This document shows positions 51,327 to 60,607 of a stretch of DNA of 64,000 bases, piece after piece. Source of the stretch: a virus; IMG/VR virus record IMGVR_UViG_3300024261_001362, positions 1 to 64,000 of that record; one strand, given 5' to 3'. The notes beneath the pieces are model-generated. The model saw nothing but the letters and a program-made list of their open reading frames with translations. It did not search any database and had not been told where the DNA came from. The first letter of the stretch is position 1; each line of letters starts with the position of its first letter. Both the position numbers and the translations under genes were made by a program.

Positions 51327-52069
51327 ACAACCTTTACCATATTACTTAACTGAGCCATAGATTCAATGCTTTCAACTGTTTTATCGAAATCATTATGGTT
51401 CATGTACTCACTATTAATAGCGGAAAACAATGAGCAGACTGTGTCCTGTTGTTTAAATATTATATTCTTATCTAAATCATGATTAAGCGAGATATTTATT
51501 TTAGAGAATAAATCAGGATTAATAATGTCTCCAGCATGTAGTTTAATCAAATAGTTACTACCATACAAATTGGAGAAACAACTGAAGTCACGAACTTCTG
51601 CTTCTTTAACTCCTGTCAAAACTAACTTAGAATTTTTAAACCCATTATCAATTAATGTGTTAGTAAGATGTGCCATCTTTGATACATCTTTAGTTGTAAA
51701 TGAACTAATAATTACTTTTATTTTATCGGGTGGATATTGAGTATCTAAAATTGAGTTGATAGTTTTTTCTACTTTATCGGGATTACCTTCGTCGTATATA
51801 GCTATCCCGAAAGTAGGCTTAATTTCATTCTGTGCCTCTTCAAGTGTAATCTCAGTGTCTTCATCCCTATATAGATTACATAGCCTTGTGAGACCATATA
51901 ATGTACCTGTGTCTTCCTTAACAACTAAACACTCTTGACGCTCTTTAAAGTTTTTTATCCTTTTAGCGGTACAGCCTATTTGTAAATTACCAACCCTCTT
52001 AGCAAATTTACAACCCTTACAGGTCATAGCCACTTTATCGTTCTGCGGTGATTTCATAATATATACCAT
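51323..52069 (-). CDS. Cys-rich N-terminus + degenerate GT2-like domain
   Basis: CKGCKF..GC..RLC; KTINSILDTQYPPDKIKVII; no DxD. Exact start uncertain. Confidence 0.45.
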   Translation of the reverse strand: MVYIMKSPQNDKVAMTCKGCKFAKRVGNLQIGCTAKRIKNFKERQECLVVKEDTGTLYGLTRLCNLYRDEDTEITLEEAQNEIKPTFGIAIYDEGNPDKVEKTINSILDTQYPPDKIKVIISSFTTKDVSKMAHLTNTLIDNGFKNSKLVLTGVKEAEVRDFSCFSNLYGSNYLIKLHAGDIINPDLFSKINISLNHDLDKNIIFKQQDTVCSLFSAINSEYMNHNDFDKTVESIESMAQLSNMVKVV

Positions 52070-52448
52070 TAATCTGAGTGGTTATAACTTTTAAGTCAAG
52101 TTGGGATATAATATTTGCAATTTGTGTTACATCTGACATAGACTTACAATTTGCAACTACTTCGGATGCATCTTCTGTAGACATAAGATTGTTTATAACA
52201 TTAGTAGTAAACATTCTTAGATCAATGCCTCCAATTACTATTTTACCACCAATTCTTAGTTTCTTTCTGAGACTAACTAGACAATCTGTAATATTTTTAT
52301 AGTCAAAATGATTTAGAATTTTATCTGCCAAAATATATTCACACTCATTGTCGGAGATATCTTCAAAATCTATATTACCGTTTTTTACGGCGATTTCTCT
52401 TATGCCTTCAATCTTTTGTTGATTTGGAATAGTAAGTTGTATTTTCAT
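52035..52448 (-). CDS. Truncated class I methyltransferase-like protein
   Basis: DNECEYILADKILNHF...KKLRIGGKIVI; SAM-binding motif I is absent. Confidence 0.5.
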   Translation of the reverse strand: MKIQLTIPNQQKIEGIREIAVKNGNIDFEDISDNECEYILADKILNHFDYKNITDCLVSLRKKLRIGGKIVIGGIDLRMFTTNVINNLMSTEDASEVVANCKSMSDVTQIANIISQLDLKVITTQINGIYYEITAER

Positions 52449-52462
52449 TTATAACTCCGTAT

Positions 52463-53008
52463 TTATTTTAATAACCATAAGCAAGACAATTTGTTTTCAT
52501 AATCTTCATTAAGACAAAGTAGGGGTTGCCCTAAATTAAATGGTGCGGCTTCTAAAGATATTTTAGAATGTTTCATATTTGGAGCTTCCATTCTTGAATC
52601 GTTATCTGCTCCATTAAATGTAGTCGATAGTAGATATTTAGAAGATTTTCTGAATAACTCTATAGATTTATTAACCATATCATTAGGTAAATGTATGAAC
52701 ACATCTCTGCATATGATCATATCAGAATCTCTCATACATTCAGTTATTATATCTAAATTTTGACATTTTAATTTGTTGTTCCATGTGTCTCTTGATATTA
52801 AATCATATCCTAAATAATCTATACCAGACAGATCAATAGTCGAAATCCAATTTAAATCTCCACAGCCAGCATCATTTATTGTTTTAATATCATAATCTTT
52901 AATGATTTGGGGTAATTGTTTTCTAATATTTTCTGTGTGTGCAATTTCAGATCCCCATCCACACACAGTTCCAGACGCAGACCAGCCTTTTTCAAACATA
53001 CTTTTCAT
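52463..53008 (-). CDS. Class I SAM-dependent methyltransferase
   Basis: CGWGS, INDAGCGDLNW, YLGYD, DMIICRDVFIHL, YLLSTTF. Confidence 0.8.
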   Translation of the reverse strand: MKSMFEKGWSASGTVCGWGSEIAHTENIRKQLPQIIKDYDIKTINDAGCGDLNWISTIDLSGIDYLGYDLISRDTWNNKLKCQNLDIITECMRDSDMIICRDVFIHLPNDMVNKSIELFRKSSKYLLSTTFNGADNDSRMEAPNMKHSKISLEAAPFNLGQPLLCLNEDYENKLSCLWLLK

Positions 53009-54003
53009 GACCGACCCGTTCTATATACTTGTGTGAATAAAGAATTCCAATTTTCAATAAATTTTTCTTCAGAAAATAGTGCTAATATTGTACCTCTAGC
53101 TTCAGCACCCATTTTGTTTCTCAATTCTTCATCTTCCAGTAGTTGCTTACAATATCCTCTAAGCTCATTTTCATCATTAGACATAAATCCATTTACGCCA
53201 TTTTTTATTACATTTGGTATTTCACATGTCGCTGTTGTTACTACTGCACAACCACAAGCCATTGCTTCTAATAATACTGTAGGAATAGGACTATAAGTTG
53301 ACGTATTTAGAAATACTTGAGAGCTGTTGTACTCTTGAACTAATTCTTCAACCGAAGAAGTAGGCTCACTCAATCCTTCTGTTTTACCAACAATTCTTGT
53401 TGGAAATTCTTTACCTTCATTAGTGATTCTAACATAACCCTGCCAATTACAACAATAATCTCTGTTAATCCAATCATTGACAATACTCAACACCTGCGGC
53501 TTTTTTTCTGTATGGTTTGGCTTGAATATATCTGTGTCAATTCCATGAGGAATTACAATAGACTCACCATTTATTGACCACTGCTCTTTAGAATAATCTG
53601 TAAGGAATACATTAAAATCACCAGTCATTTGTCTAAAATTATTGAGCTGTTCATTTGTAATGTTGATGGTTGGGACAGTACATTCCATAGAGATAATTGG
53701 AATCTTTAAAACATTAGCAATTTTATAAGCTGCTTGTAGATGTCCAAACTTACTATTAGCAAGTATGAAATCATAATCAATAGAAGACGGAAGGGAATTT
53801 TGAGGCATCATGTAGTAATTATTTGGCACTTCTGCGTATGATGCATCCCAAGTTTTCATACCTTCACCAATGAAACCGTAAAAATCATGGCCTGTTTTAC
53901 AAAGGTCTGATTCAAATCGTTCATGTGTTGGAAAAGTAATTATATTGTATTTATCTTTATCATTAATTGATTGATTGATAAATTTACGAGTTTGTAGACT
54001 CAC
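53005..54003 (-). CDS. GT4 glycosyltransferase
   Basis: VIPHGIDTDIF, VFLNTS..PTVLLEAMACGCAVV, NGVNGF. Confidence 0.85.
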   Translation of the reverse strand: MSLQTRKFINQSINDKDKYNIITFPTHERFESDLCKTGHDFYGFIGEGMKTWDASYAEVPNNYYMMPQNSLPSSIDYDFILANSKFGHLQAAYKIANVLKIPIISMECTVPTINITNEQLNNFRQMTGDFNVFLTDYSKEQWSINGESIVIPHGIDTDIFKPNHTEKKPQVLSIVNDWINRDYCCNWQGYVRITNEGKEFPTRIVGKTEGLSEPTSSVEELVQEYNSSQVFLNTSTYSPIPTVLLEAMACGCAVVTTATCEIPNVIKNGVNGFMSNDENELRGYCKQLLEDEELRNKMGAEARGTILALFSEEKFIENWNSLFTQVYRTGRS

Positions 54004-55126
54004 TTAACAGTCCTTTCATTTGCTGACCAATATTCTCGTAAGAGAACAACTTAGTTTGTTCTAACCCAGCGAGTTTCCATTTTCTTTTAGTACCGACAGG
54101 ATCTTGTTTATGTTCTTCGTATTTATTTCTCATAGCTTTCCGTGTCTGCATTTCACATGGTTGGAACCAGTACTCTCTACCTGTAAATAAATCTGGGAAT
54201 GCTGCATCAGAACATTTACAAACAGAGTAAGATCCACCAACCAGTGTGCCAGAATCTTCATTTATAAATTCTTTAGGTCCACCATAATCACTACAGATAG
54301 GACTAGAACCAAATCCCATAGCATCAAATGATGGCAATGACCATGCTTCCCCATGACTAGGACAAACAAAACAATCAGCATATTGGTGTAAGGCACAAAT
54401 ATGATCGTCGTCTATATTATCTGAAATAATGATGTTTGTATGGTACTGAGATGGATGGGTATACATTCTAAGGTCTTGTTGTACCTTACCTATAATACCA
54501 TCAATTACTTCTTTACATTGATCAGGATTGTGTCCAAACTTTTTAACCTTTAGAATTAATGATACAGGTTCCGATCTATCAAATTCACTATGAAAACAAG
54601 TGATAATTGATTCTAAATTTTTTCTGTCATTAATATCGCCAATATAATAAAACTTAAATGTGCCGTCTGGAATAGGCAAATTAAGCTCTTGATATTTTTT
54701 TGTATATCTAGATACAGAGCATGGATGTGGTACTACATGAATATCGGTAGTTATGCCATCATCAATGAGAGATTTTTTCAGATCATTGTTAGGCACCCAT
54801 AATTCGTCCATCTGTTTTAATTGTTGTAACCAGCCAATATATTTAAGGCTTGTTGATTCTGAAACAAAATAGGCGATGTTCTTCTTAAAAGCTTTACCTC
54901 CAACTAAATGGTGAGGTAAAACATGTTGAATACAAATATCACATCCACTACTGTCCTTCTGTTCTAATTCAAGTAATCTGGGGTGTATATTAGGATTGTC
55001 TTGAGTCAGTGTGACGTTGCGACAAACAACATCGACTCCAGCATTATCCAGAGCTAATATATGTTCTTTTGCAGCAACTGACCATCCACTGCTTTCTTTG
55101 TAGTGTGCTATGTATAATACCTTCAT
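53984..55126 (-). CDS. GT4 glycosyltransferase
   Basis: DELWVP, FYYIG..RKN, DCFVCPSHGEAWSLPSFDAM. Confidence 0.85.
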   Translation of the reverse strand: MKVLYIAHYKESSGWSVAAKEHILALDNAGVDVVCRNVTLTQDNPNIHPRLLELEQKDSSGCDICIQHVLPHHLVGGKAFKKNIAYFVSESTSLKYIGWLQQLKQMDELWVPNNDLKKSLIDDGITTDIHVVPHPCSVSRYTKKYQELNLPIPDGTFKFYYIGDINDRKNLESIITCFHSEFDRSEPVSLILKVKKFGHNPDQCKEVIDGIIGKVQQDLRMYTHPSQYHTNIIISDNIDDDHICALHQYADCFVCPSHGEAWSLPSFDAMGFGSSPICSDYGGPKEFINEDSGTLVGGSYSVCKCSDAAFPDLFTGREYWFQPCEMQTRKAMRNKYEEHKQDPVGTKRKWKLAGLEQTKLFSYENIGQQMKGLLSESTNS

Positions 55127-55127
55127 A

Positions 55128-55676
55128 CTATTCCCTCATATCTATTATGCCGACTTGATTAGCTACATCATACATAGTAATATCTAAATCTGTAGGTATT
55201 AAGGTTCCTTTGATGGAATAATCATCAATAATGACTATAGCTTTCTGATCCTTGATTTTATTAAATTGATCTAAGGTTTCTTGTGGGTCATTACCTCCAT
55301 CTAAGTAATAGATGTCGTATGTGTCATTATCTAAGTAATCTATTGCATCTCCATATTTTGCTTCTATTTTATAGCCTAATGATGATGCTGCAAAAATAGA
55401 GTGACTCAAATTATCAAGATTTATGTCTGCAATAGTCAATTTGCCGCCATATTTTTCTACATATGGGCCAAAGATAGTGTCTGCCCATCCTGATCCAAGT
55501 CTCCACGCTATTCTAAATGTTTCTATAGCACCAACTTGAAAGATTTTCACTGGTTTATTTTTAAATTGAGATAAAGTCCACTCAAATATAAAATCTCTGG
55601 TTGGAACTTCTAATTTATTCTCTATATCACCATTCAACATAGCAACAGCAAAATCATATTCTGAATCATGTGCCAT
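55128..55676 (-). CDS. Class I methyltransferase (Methyltransf_24-like)
   Basis: IFQVG, IADIN, GDAIDYL, DIYYLDG, IVIIDD. Confidence 0.65.
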   Translation of the reverse strand: MAHDSEYDFAVAMLNGDIENKLEVPTRDFIFEWTLSQFKNKPVKIFQVGAIETFRIAWRLGSGWADTIFGPYVEKYGGKLTIADINLDNLSHSIFAASSLGYKIEAKYGDAIDYLDNDTYDIYYLDGGNDPQETLDQFNKIKDQKAIVIIDDYSIKGTLIPTDLDITMYDVANQVGIIDMRE

Positions 55677-57363
55677 TAATAATACCTCTCTGTTTCATTG
55701 TGTCAAATCTCCTCTGTTCCCATTGATTTCTTCTATTGCATTGTCCTTTCATTTGGTCATATGCTATATTGAAATCAAATGATTCTCTAGCACCTGTTCC
55801 AGCAAATGCTTGTGAAGATTCATTGAAGTACATACCACCAGTAGAGGCAGTTGAAGATTTATACATTAAATCTCTTGTCAATCTGGCTTCAAAGAAGGTA
55901 TTAAGTTTTGATGGATCACCTAAGACTTCAACAATCAACCATCGAGCAAGTTCTGCGTGGGGGATTTGTGGGGCTTGTTCTGGTTTTGGTTTGGACTCAT
56001 GTATCTTAGGTTGTGAGGCCCATGTAGCTTCAATTGGTAGTAATTCAACACTATCAAAATATGCTTCCCACTTAGCTCCACTTAAATGCCACTGATAATG
56101 CTTTTCAAAATTCTCTCTTGTTTTTTGACCTATAGCAGCTCTTTCATCATCACTTTTCTCAAAGAATTCTTCAAACATTTGTGCTGCCAAATCGTTATCT
56201 GGAACTGCTCTTAAGCAACCAGTTTCCAACTCCTTATAAAGAGCGGCTGGCTTAATAGGAAAGCCTTCAAGCTTACGAAGTACTGATTCCATAGCAGAAT
56301 AATCTGTACCCATAACGGGAACACCACAAGCAGCAGCTTCAACTTGCGGTAAACCAAATCCTTCACAATTTGCATACTGCACATAAAGATCAAAATAATT
56401 CATTATCTGTGATAGATCTTCATACGAAGCACCATTTTTCACATTTGATAATGTAGCTCCCCACTTCTTAGTATAAGGGGATTGGGCGATGGCACCTTTG
56501 AAGACAGATGGGAATGGCTTCTTTGTGTCAGGACATATGTACGTAAATAGTACATGAGAAGCCAACTCATACTGCTGAAGCAATTCTGGAATATCCCATC
56601 CTAAATCTGGATAGGAAGTATGACAATACAAATAGCATGGGTCTGTATAGCCCTTGGCTCTTTGTAAATCTAAAAACTTCCTAAACGCAGCAAAAAGATC
56701 CGGGTATAATTTCCTCCGTTGATTCCGCATCACTGTGCCGATAATCTTAGAACTAACATCTAGACCATTTTCTAGTCTGAGTTGACGTTTGTCCTCAAAA
56801 GGCTTATAAGCCGGGTGTGCGGATGGAGGAGCACTGCCAAGATAATTAATCTTTCCTCCGGACTGATCTTCTAAGATACCACCTGCCCAATCCGAATATG
56901 TAAAACATGCATCGGCATTTTCATAACTAGCAATCCATTGTCTAGCTTGTGGCCTTGCGTCTACTGTAGGCATAATAGCCCACTTAAAATAATTCCTGAA
57001 AGGAGATCTTTCAGCGAAATCTAACATCCAAAAATCTCGGATGTCACAAACAACATCTGGTAAAAAATCTAAACATACATGTTCAAATATCCACTCACCA
57101 AATTGATTGACTCCATTAGAATTATATCCATCTATTTCTTGTTGAGATGCTTTAGGTTCTGACTGTTGGTTTGGCATGACGCCATAATATGTCCAAGGAA
57201 TATTAGCTGCACGAGAATCATTACGCTCACCGTAAGAAGCCATCTCTGCAATTTCATACTTACCTGTGCCGTGTAGGTAATTCAATATTTCTCTTGTGTA
57301 TGTAGCATAACCAGTATTTAAAAATGTGGCTTCACTACAAAACAAAATTCTTTTTTTTCTCAT
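55666..57363 (-). CDS. GT4 glycosyltransferase (565 aa)
   Basis: RILFCSE..TGYA, RNQRRK, EGFGLPQVEAAACGVPV; likely start MRKKR at 57363. Confidence 0.88.
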   Translation of the reverse strand: MRKKRILFCSEATFLNTGYATYTREILNYLHGTGKYEIAEMASYGERNDSRAANIPWTYYGVMPNQQSEPKASQQEIDGYNSNGVNQFGEWIFEHVCLDFLPDVVCDIRDFWMLDFAERSPFRNYFKWAIMPTVDARPQARQWIASYENADACFTYSDWAGGILEDQSGGKINYLGSAPPSAHPAYKPFEDKRQLRLENGLDVSSKIIGTVMRNQRRKLYPDLFAAFRKFLDLQRAKGYTDPCYLYCHTSYPDLGWDIPELLQQYELASHVLFTYICPDTKKPFPSVFKGAIAQSPYTKKWGATLSNVKNGASYEDLSQIMNYFDLYVQYANCEGFGLPQVEAAACGVPVMGTDYSAMESVLRKLEGFPIKPAALYKELETGCLRAVPDNDLAAQMFEEFFEKSDDERAAIGQKTRENFEKHYQWHLSGAKWEAYFDSVELLPIEATWASQPKIHESKPKPEQAPQIPHAELARWLIVEVLGDPSKLNTFFEARLTRDLMYKSSTASTGGMYFNESSQAFAGTGARESFDFNIAYDQMKGQCNRRNQWEQRRFDTMKQRGIINGT

Positions 57364-57365
57364 GT

Positions 57366-57677
57366 TCAATCCTGATCCAGACACGCAAAGTCAAATTCAT
57401 TAATTCTAAATACTACAAAATCATCATCTCCTGAAGCATGTTTAGCGGAACAAGTAACAGTAATCTTTGTTCCTTTTCTTCCGAGTTTGGCAATTGTTTC
57501 TGCACCCGTGTGCCATGCTTCGCAATCAAGATATACAGGAGTCCTATTCTTTTCCCCGGTACTCTTGCTTCTTCTATAGTTATAAACCACGATCCTCAGA
57601 TCTAAAAAGCTAACACCATCGACGCTTTCTAAAACTGGATCATCAATCATATATCCTGTAAATGTACATATATTCAT
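57366..57677 (-). CDS. ssb: Single-stranded DNA-binding protein (short OB fold)
   Basis: MNICTFTG...DP...YLDCEAW..AETIAK..RKGTKITV. Confidence 0.75.
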   Translation of the reverse strand: MNICTFTGYMIDDPVLESVDGVSFLDLRIVVYNYRRSKSTGEKNRTPVYLDCEAWHTGAETIAKLGRKGTKITVTCSAKHASGDDDFVVFRINEFDFACLDQD

Positions 57678-57722
57678 ATCCACCCCTTAATCTATTATAG
57701 ATCTCAAATCGTCAATTGACTT

Positions 57723-59294
57723 TTAAATTTCGTGAATTTTGTCAATAATAAAAGAATTATCTTTATTATCTACTTTCCCATGAAACAGAAGGTTATTTCC
57801 CTCATAAAGTATAAACTGATACTTGTCTCTTGCTTCTGGAAATACAATGACATTATCTATTGAGCAAGATTCATCTTCTATACTTAAGAAAGACATTGTT
57901 TTACCTTCTGATTTACCCTTTTTGATTGTATGGTTATTAAGTCTATTAATATTTGCCGCGATAGAAATATCTTTACCAGTTTTCCCGTTAAGAATATCTT
58001 TGCAGCTTGTATTACCCAAGGATGTATCAGACGACTCTACTTTAGATAGTGATATCGGACATCCCAAGAATTTTATTTCTTGTTCTATAATCCAACTTGG
58101 ATCATCCGCTAAATCATATGGAGGATTTATAAGAAGTTCAATTTCACCCTCAACGATCTGGCTTCTGTTCATATTATGACATCCGCCACCATTCTTTTTT
58201 GTAGGATGTAACTCCTTAAAACATTGACTTACAGTCTTCCAGTGTTTTTTCTCATAATTTGTAGTTACCCACTTCATCTCTGACTTAGTTAATTCTTTAT
58301 AGATCAGATACTCATACAATGCCTTGTTTCTTGATACTCCAGTGGATTTTATAGAGAAAAACCCAATAGAACATAAAGATTTAAATGCAGTAGAATTTAT
58401 TTTATTAGATATATAAACAAGAACATCCATCCAAGTGAATTCTTTTACAGATTTTCCACTTTCTTCTTCAGCTTCTTTTATAGCCTCAATAACTTTATCG
58501 CCTGTAACACCCGTTAAAGATTTGATATCTTTGATTCCAAAGTAAATATATTTTCCATCTATATTGAACTTCTTATCAAATTTTGATAGATTAGGTAACT
58601 TGACTTCAATATCAAACAACTTAGCTTCTGAAATAAGCTCATATACTTCTTCATGAGGATCTTGTTTTTCTGAAGCATAAAACAGATATGATAGGAAGAA
58701 TTCTTTAGTATAATTTGCTTTATACCAAGCACTTTCATAAGCATTAATGGCATATGATACAGCGTGGGATTTATTAAATGAATATCGTGCGGACTTTTCA
58801 ATCCATCCAAAAATCTCCTTGGCAGATTCTTCACTAACCATACCCACTTCTCTACATCCGTCAATAAACTTGACGCGAATCTTCGCCATCAAGTCTGCCT
58901 TCTTCTTACCAATAGCCTTACGGAGGTCGTCAGCTTGCTGTAAATCAAATCCAGCGAGTTTCTGTGCTATCCTCATAGCTTGCTCTTGATAGACCAGAAC
59001 ACCATAAGTAGGACCAAGGATACTTTCTAATGCATTATCAATATATGAAACTTCATCCTTGCCATTTTTACGATCAACATAGTGTTGAGTCATAGATTTA
59101 CCCTCAGACATAGCCTTTAGGGTGCCAGGACGAATAATACTAATGAGTGCTGATAATTCCTCAATATTACTTGGCTCTAATCGTTTAGACCATGATCGTC
59201 CAAGCTGGCTTTCTAACTGAAAAATCCCCTTGGTGTATCCATCCTTAAATAGATTCCAAGTTTTTTCATCTTTGTAATCGACTTTAATTGACAT
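57723..59294 (-). CDS. dnaE: DNA polymerase III alpha, C-terminal half (fingers, HhH, OB)
   Basis: GIFQLES, IRPG, TYGVLVYQEQ, ADDLRKAIGKKK, YSFNKSHA..Y; start MSIKVD at 59294 with GGAG RBS, overlapping the exonuclease stop. Confidence 0.9.
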   Translation of the reverse strand: MSIKVDYKDEKTWNLFKDGYTKGIFQLESQLGRSWSKRLEPSNIEELSALISIIRPGTLKAMSEGKSMTQHYVDRKNGKDEVSYIDNALESILGPTYGVLVYQEQAMRIAQKLAGFDLQQADDLRKAIGKKKADLMAKIRVKFIDGCREVGMVSEESAKEIFGWIEKSARYSFNKSHAVSYAINAYESAWYKANYTKEFFLSYLFYASEKQDPHEEVYELISEAKLFDIEVKLPNLSKFDKKFNIDGKYIYFGIKDIKSLTGVTGDKVIEAIKEAEEESGKSVKEFTWMDVLVYISNKINSTAFKSLCSIGFFSIKSTGVSRNKALYEYLIYKELTKSEMKWVTTNYEKKHWKTVSQCFKELHPTKKNGGGCHNMNRSQIVEGEIELLINPPYDLADDPSWIIEQEIKFLGCPISLSKVESSDTSLGNTSCKDILNGKTGKDISIAANINRLNNHTIKKGKSEGKTMSFLSIEDESCSIDNVIVFPEARDKYQFILYEGNNLLFHGKVDNKDNSFIIDKIHEI

Positions 59295-59964
59295 ACAGGT
59301 CTCCATCGGCAAATGCTTGTTCAATCTTTAAATTACGATAGACAGCACGGTGAGTTTTCATAAATTTAATCATAATATTAGCAGTATCCTTTACGTCCTG
59401 CAAGGCATCATGAGCATTATCTGAAGAAAGTCCCATTCTTTCTCTCATTGAATCCATACTAATCGACTTAATATTAGGATCACCCTCTGTCCACATCCAC
59501 ACATTATCCATTACATCAATCTTATATACCATACTAAACAACTTCTGTTGTTCTCTTTTGTCATCCCACGGGCCAAATTCTTTACATAATCTATTGATGA
59601 TATGCATATCATATCCAATAATATTGAATCCCGCTGGAATAGGTGCAAAGAATGGTGTTCCCTTCCAGTTATACTTATCAACAAAGGCACAAAACTTTTT
59701 CCATACAGTCTTTAGTTGAGGTGCTTTAGCAATACCTTCCCTAGTCTTACCAGTAACCTTTAGGGCACCTTCCTCAATAGGACCAAGACCAGCGGCAATA
59801 GCTTTGTCATCATCTACAACTGCACGTATCTCACTATTAAATTTTCCTTTCAATTTAAAGTTACGACCATCAAGTGCAATGGCAGCGAGTTGTGTTGGCT
59901 GACAAGTATGTGGATTACGTCCACCCGTCTCAAAATCGAAAACCACGATATCTCTTGAAGCCAT
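59284..59964 (-). CDS. dnaQ: DEDDh 3'-5' exonuclease (DNA pol III epsilon-like)
   Basis: ExoI DFETGG, ExoII GFNIIGYD, ExoIII HDALQD. Confidence 0.85.
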   Translation of the reverse strand: MASRDIVVFDFETGGRNPHTCQPTQLAAIALDGRNFKLKGKFNSEIRAVVDDDKAIAAGLGPIEEGALKVTGKTREGIAKAPQLKTVWKKFCAFVDKYNWKGTPFFAPIPAGFNIIGYDMHIINRLCKEFGPWDDKREQQKLFSMVYKIDVMDNVWMWTEGDPNIKSISMDSMRERMGLSSDNAHDALQDVKDTANIMIKFMKTHRAVYRNLKIEQAFADGDLYVN

Positions 59965-59966
59965 AG

Positions 59967-60572
59967 TTATTTCCTTTCCAAATGAGAATAAGTCTTCATT
60001 ATTTTCTGTCCTTTGTTCTGATAGGTAACTGCTTCACAGAAATCAAGAAATTCCTGATGTGTCATATTTCCTTTCATCACATTAATACGTTTATGTACCC
60101 ACTGTACATTTCCTTCAATGTAGCCCAGAGAGCTATCAATTCTATCTATAGACGCGGTATAATCACCATTGATATGTTCTATATTATCACGAGATAAGAA
60201 TATTTCAATACCACTATAAGCACATTTTCTTTCTTGTTGGATAAAAATATCCCAAAGGTACTCATAACTGACAGAAAATTCTAATCCTCTTTTTTTCGCA
60301 CCCGCCTTTACTCTTGCTAGAAAGGCACCCTGCATTTCCTTGTATCCAGTGAATCTGGGGTTATCAGGACCGCTTAAATAGCAGGCTTTTCTCCTGAATT
60401 CTATCCCATTATTCTTGAGGATTTTCTGGATCTTCTTGGGGTAACTTCCCACTTCCGTGGCAATAGTTCTTACTTTCATACCATTTTCATACATTTCTAT
60501 GATCTGATCCTCGTCCAAGTTATGATTAAACTTTTTACTTGGCAGGAATCTGCCGCTTTCACTACGTTTCAT
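59967..60572 (-). CDS. Free-standing HTH + HNH-like (homing) endonuclease
   Basis: CAYSG..SIDRIDSSLGYIEGNVQWVHKRINVMK; likely start MKRSE at 60572 after AAGGAG. Confidence 0.8.
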   Translation of the reverse strand: MKRSESGRFLPSKKFNHNLDEDQIIEMYENGMKVRTIATEVGSYPKKIQKILKNNGIEFRRKACYLSGPDNPRFTGYKEMQGAFLARVKAGAKKRGLEFSVSYEYLWDIFIQQERKCAYSGIEIFLSRDNIEHINGDYTASIDRIDSSLGYIEGNVQWVHKRINVMKGNMTHQEFLDFCEAVTYQNKGQKIMKTYSHLERK

Positions 60573-60607
60573 TTTTGTCTCCTTGAGTATAAGTACCAGT
60601 TGTAAGA

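Noticed and set aside
32426-57363. Bacterial O-antigen/capsule locus (cellular DNA or chimera)
   Set aside because: No export or polymerase genes, and the island is joined to phage genes on both sides by overlapping or near-abutting genes with similar base composition.
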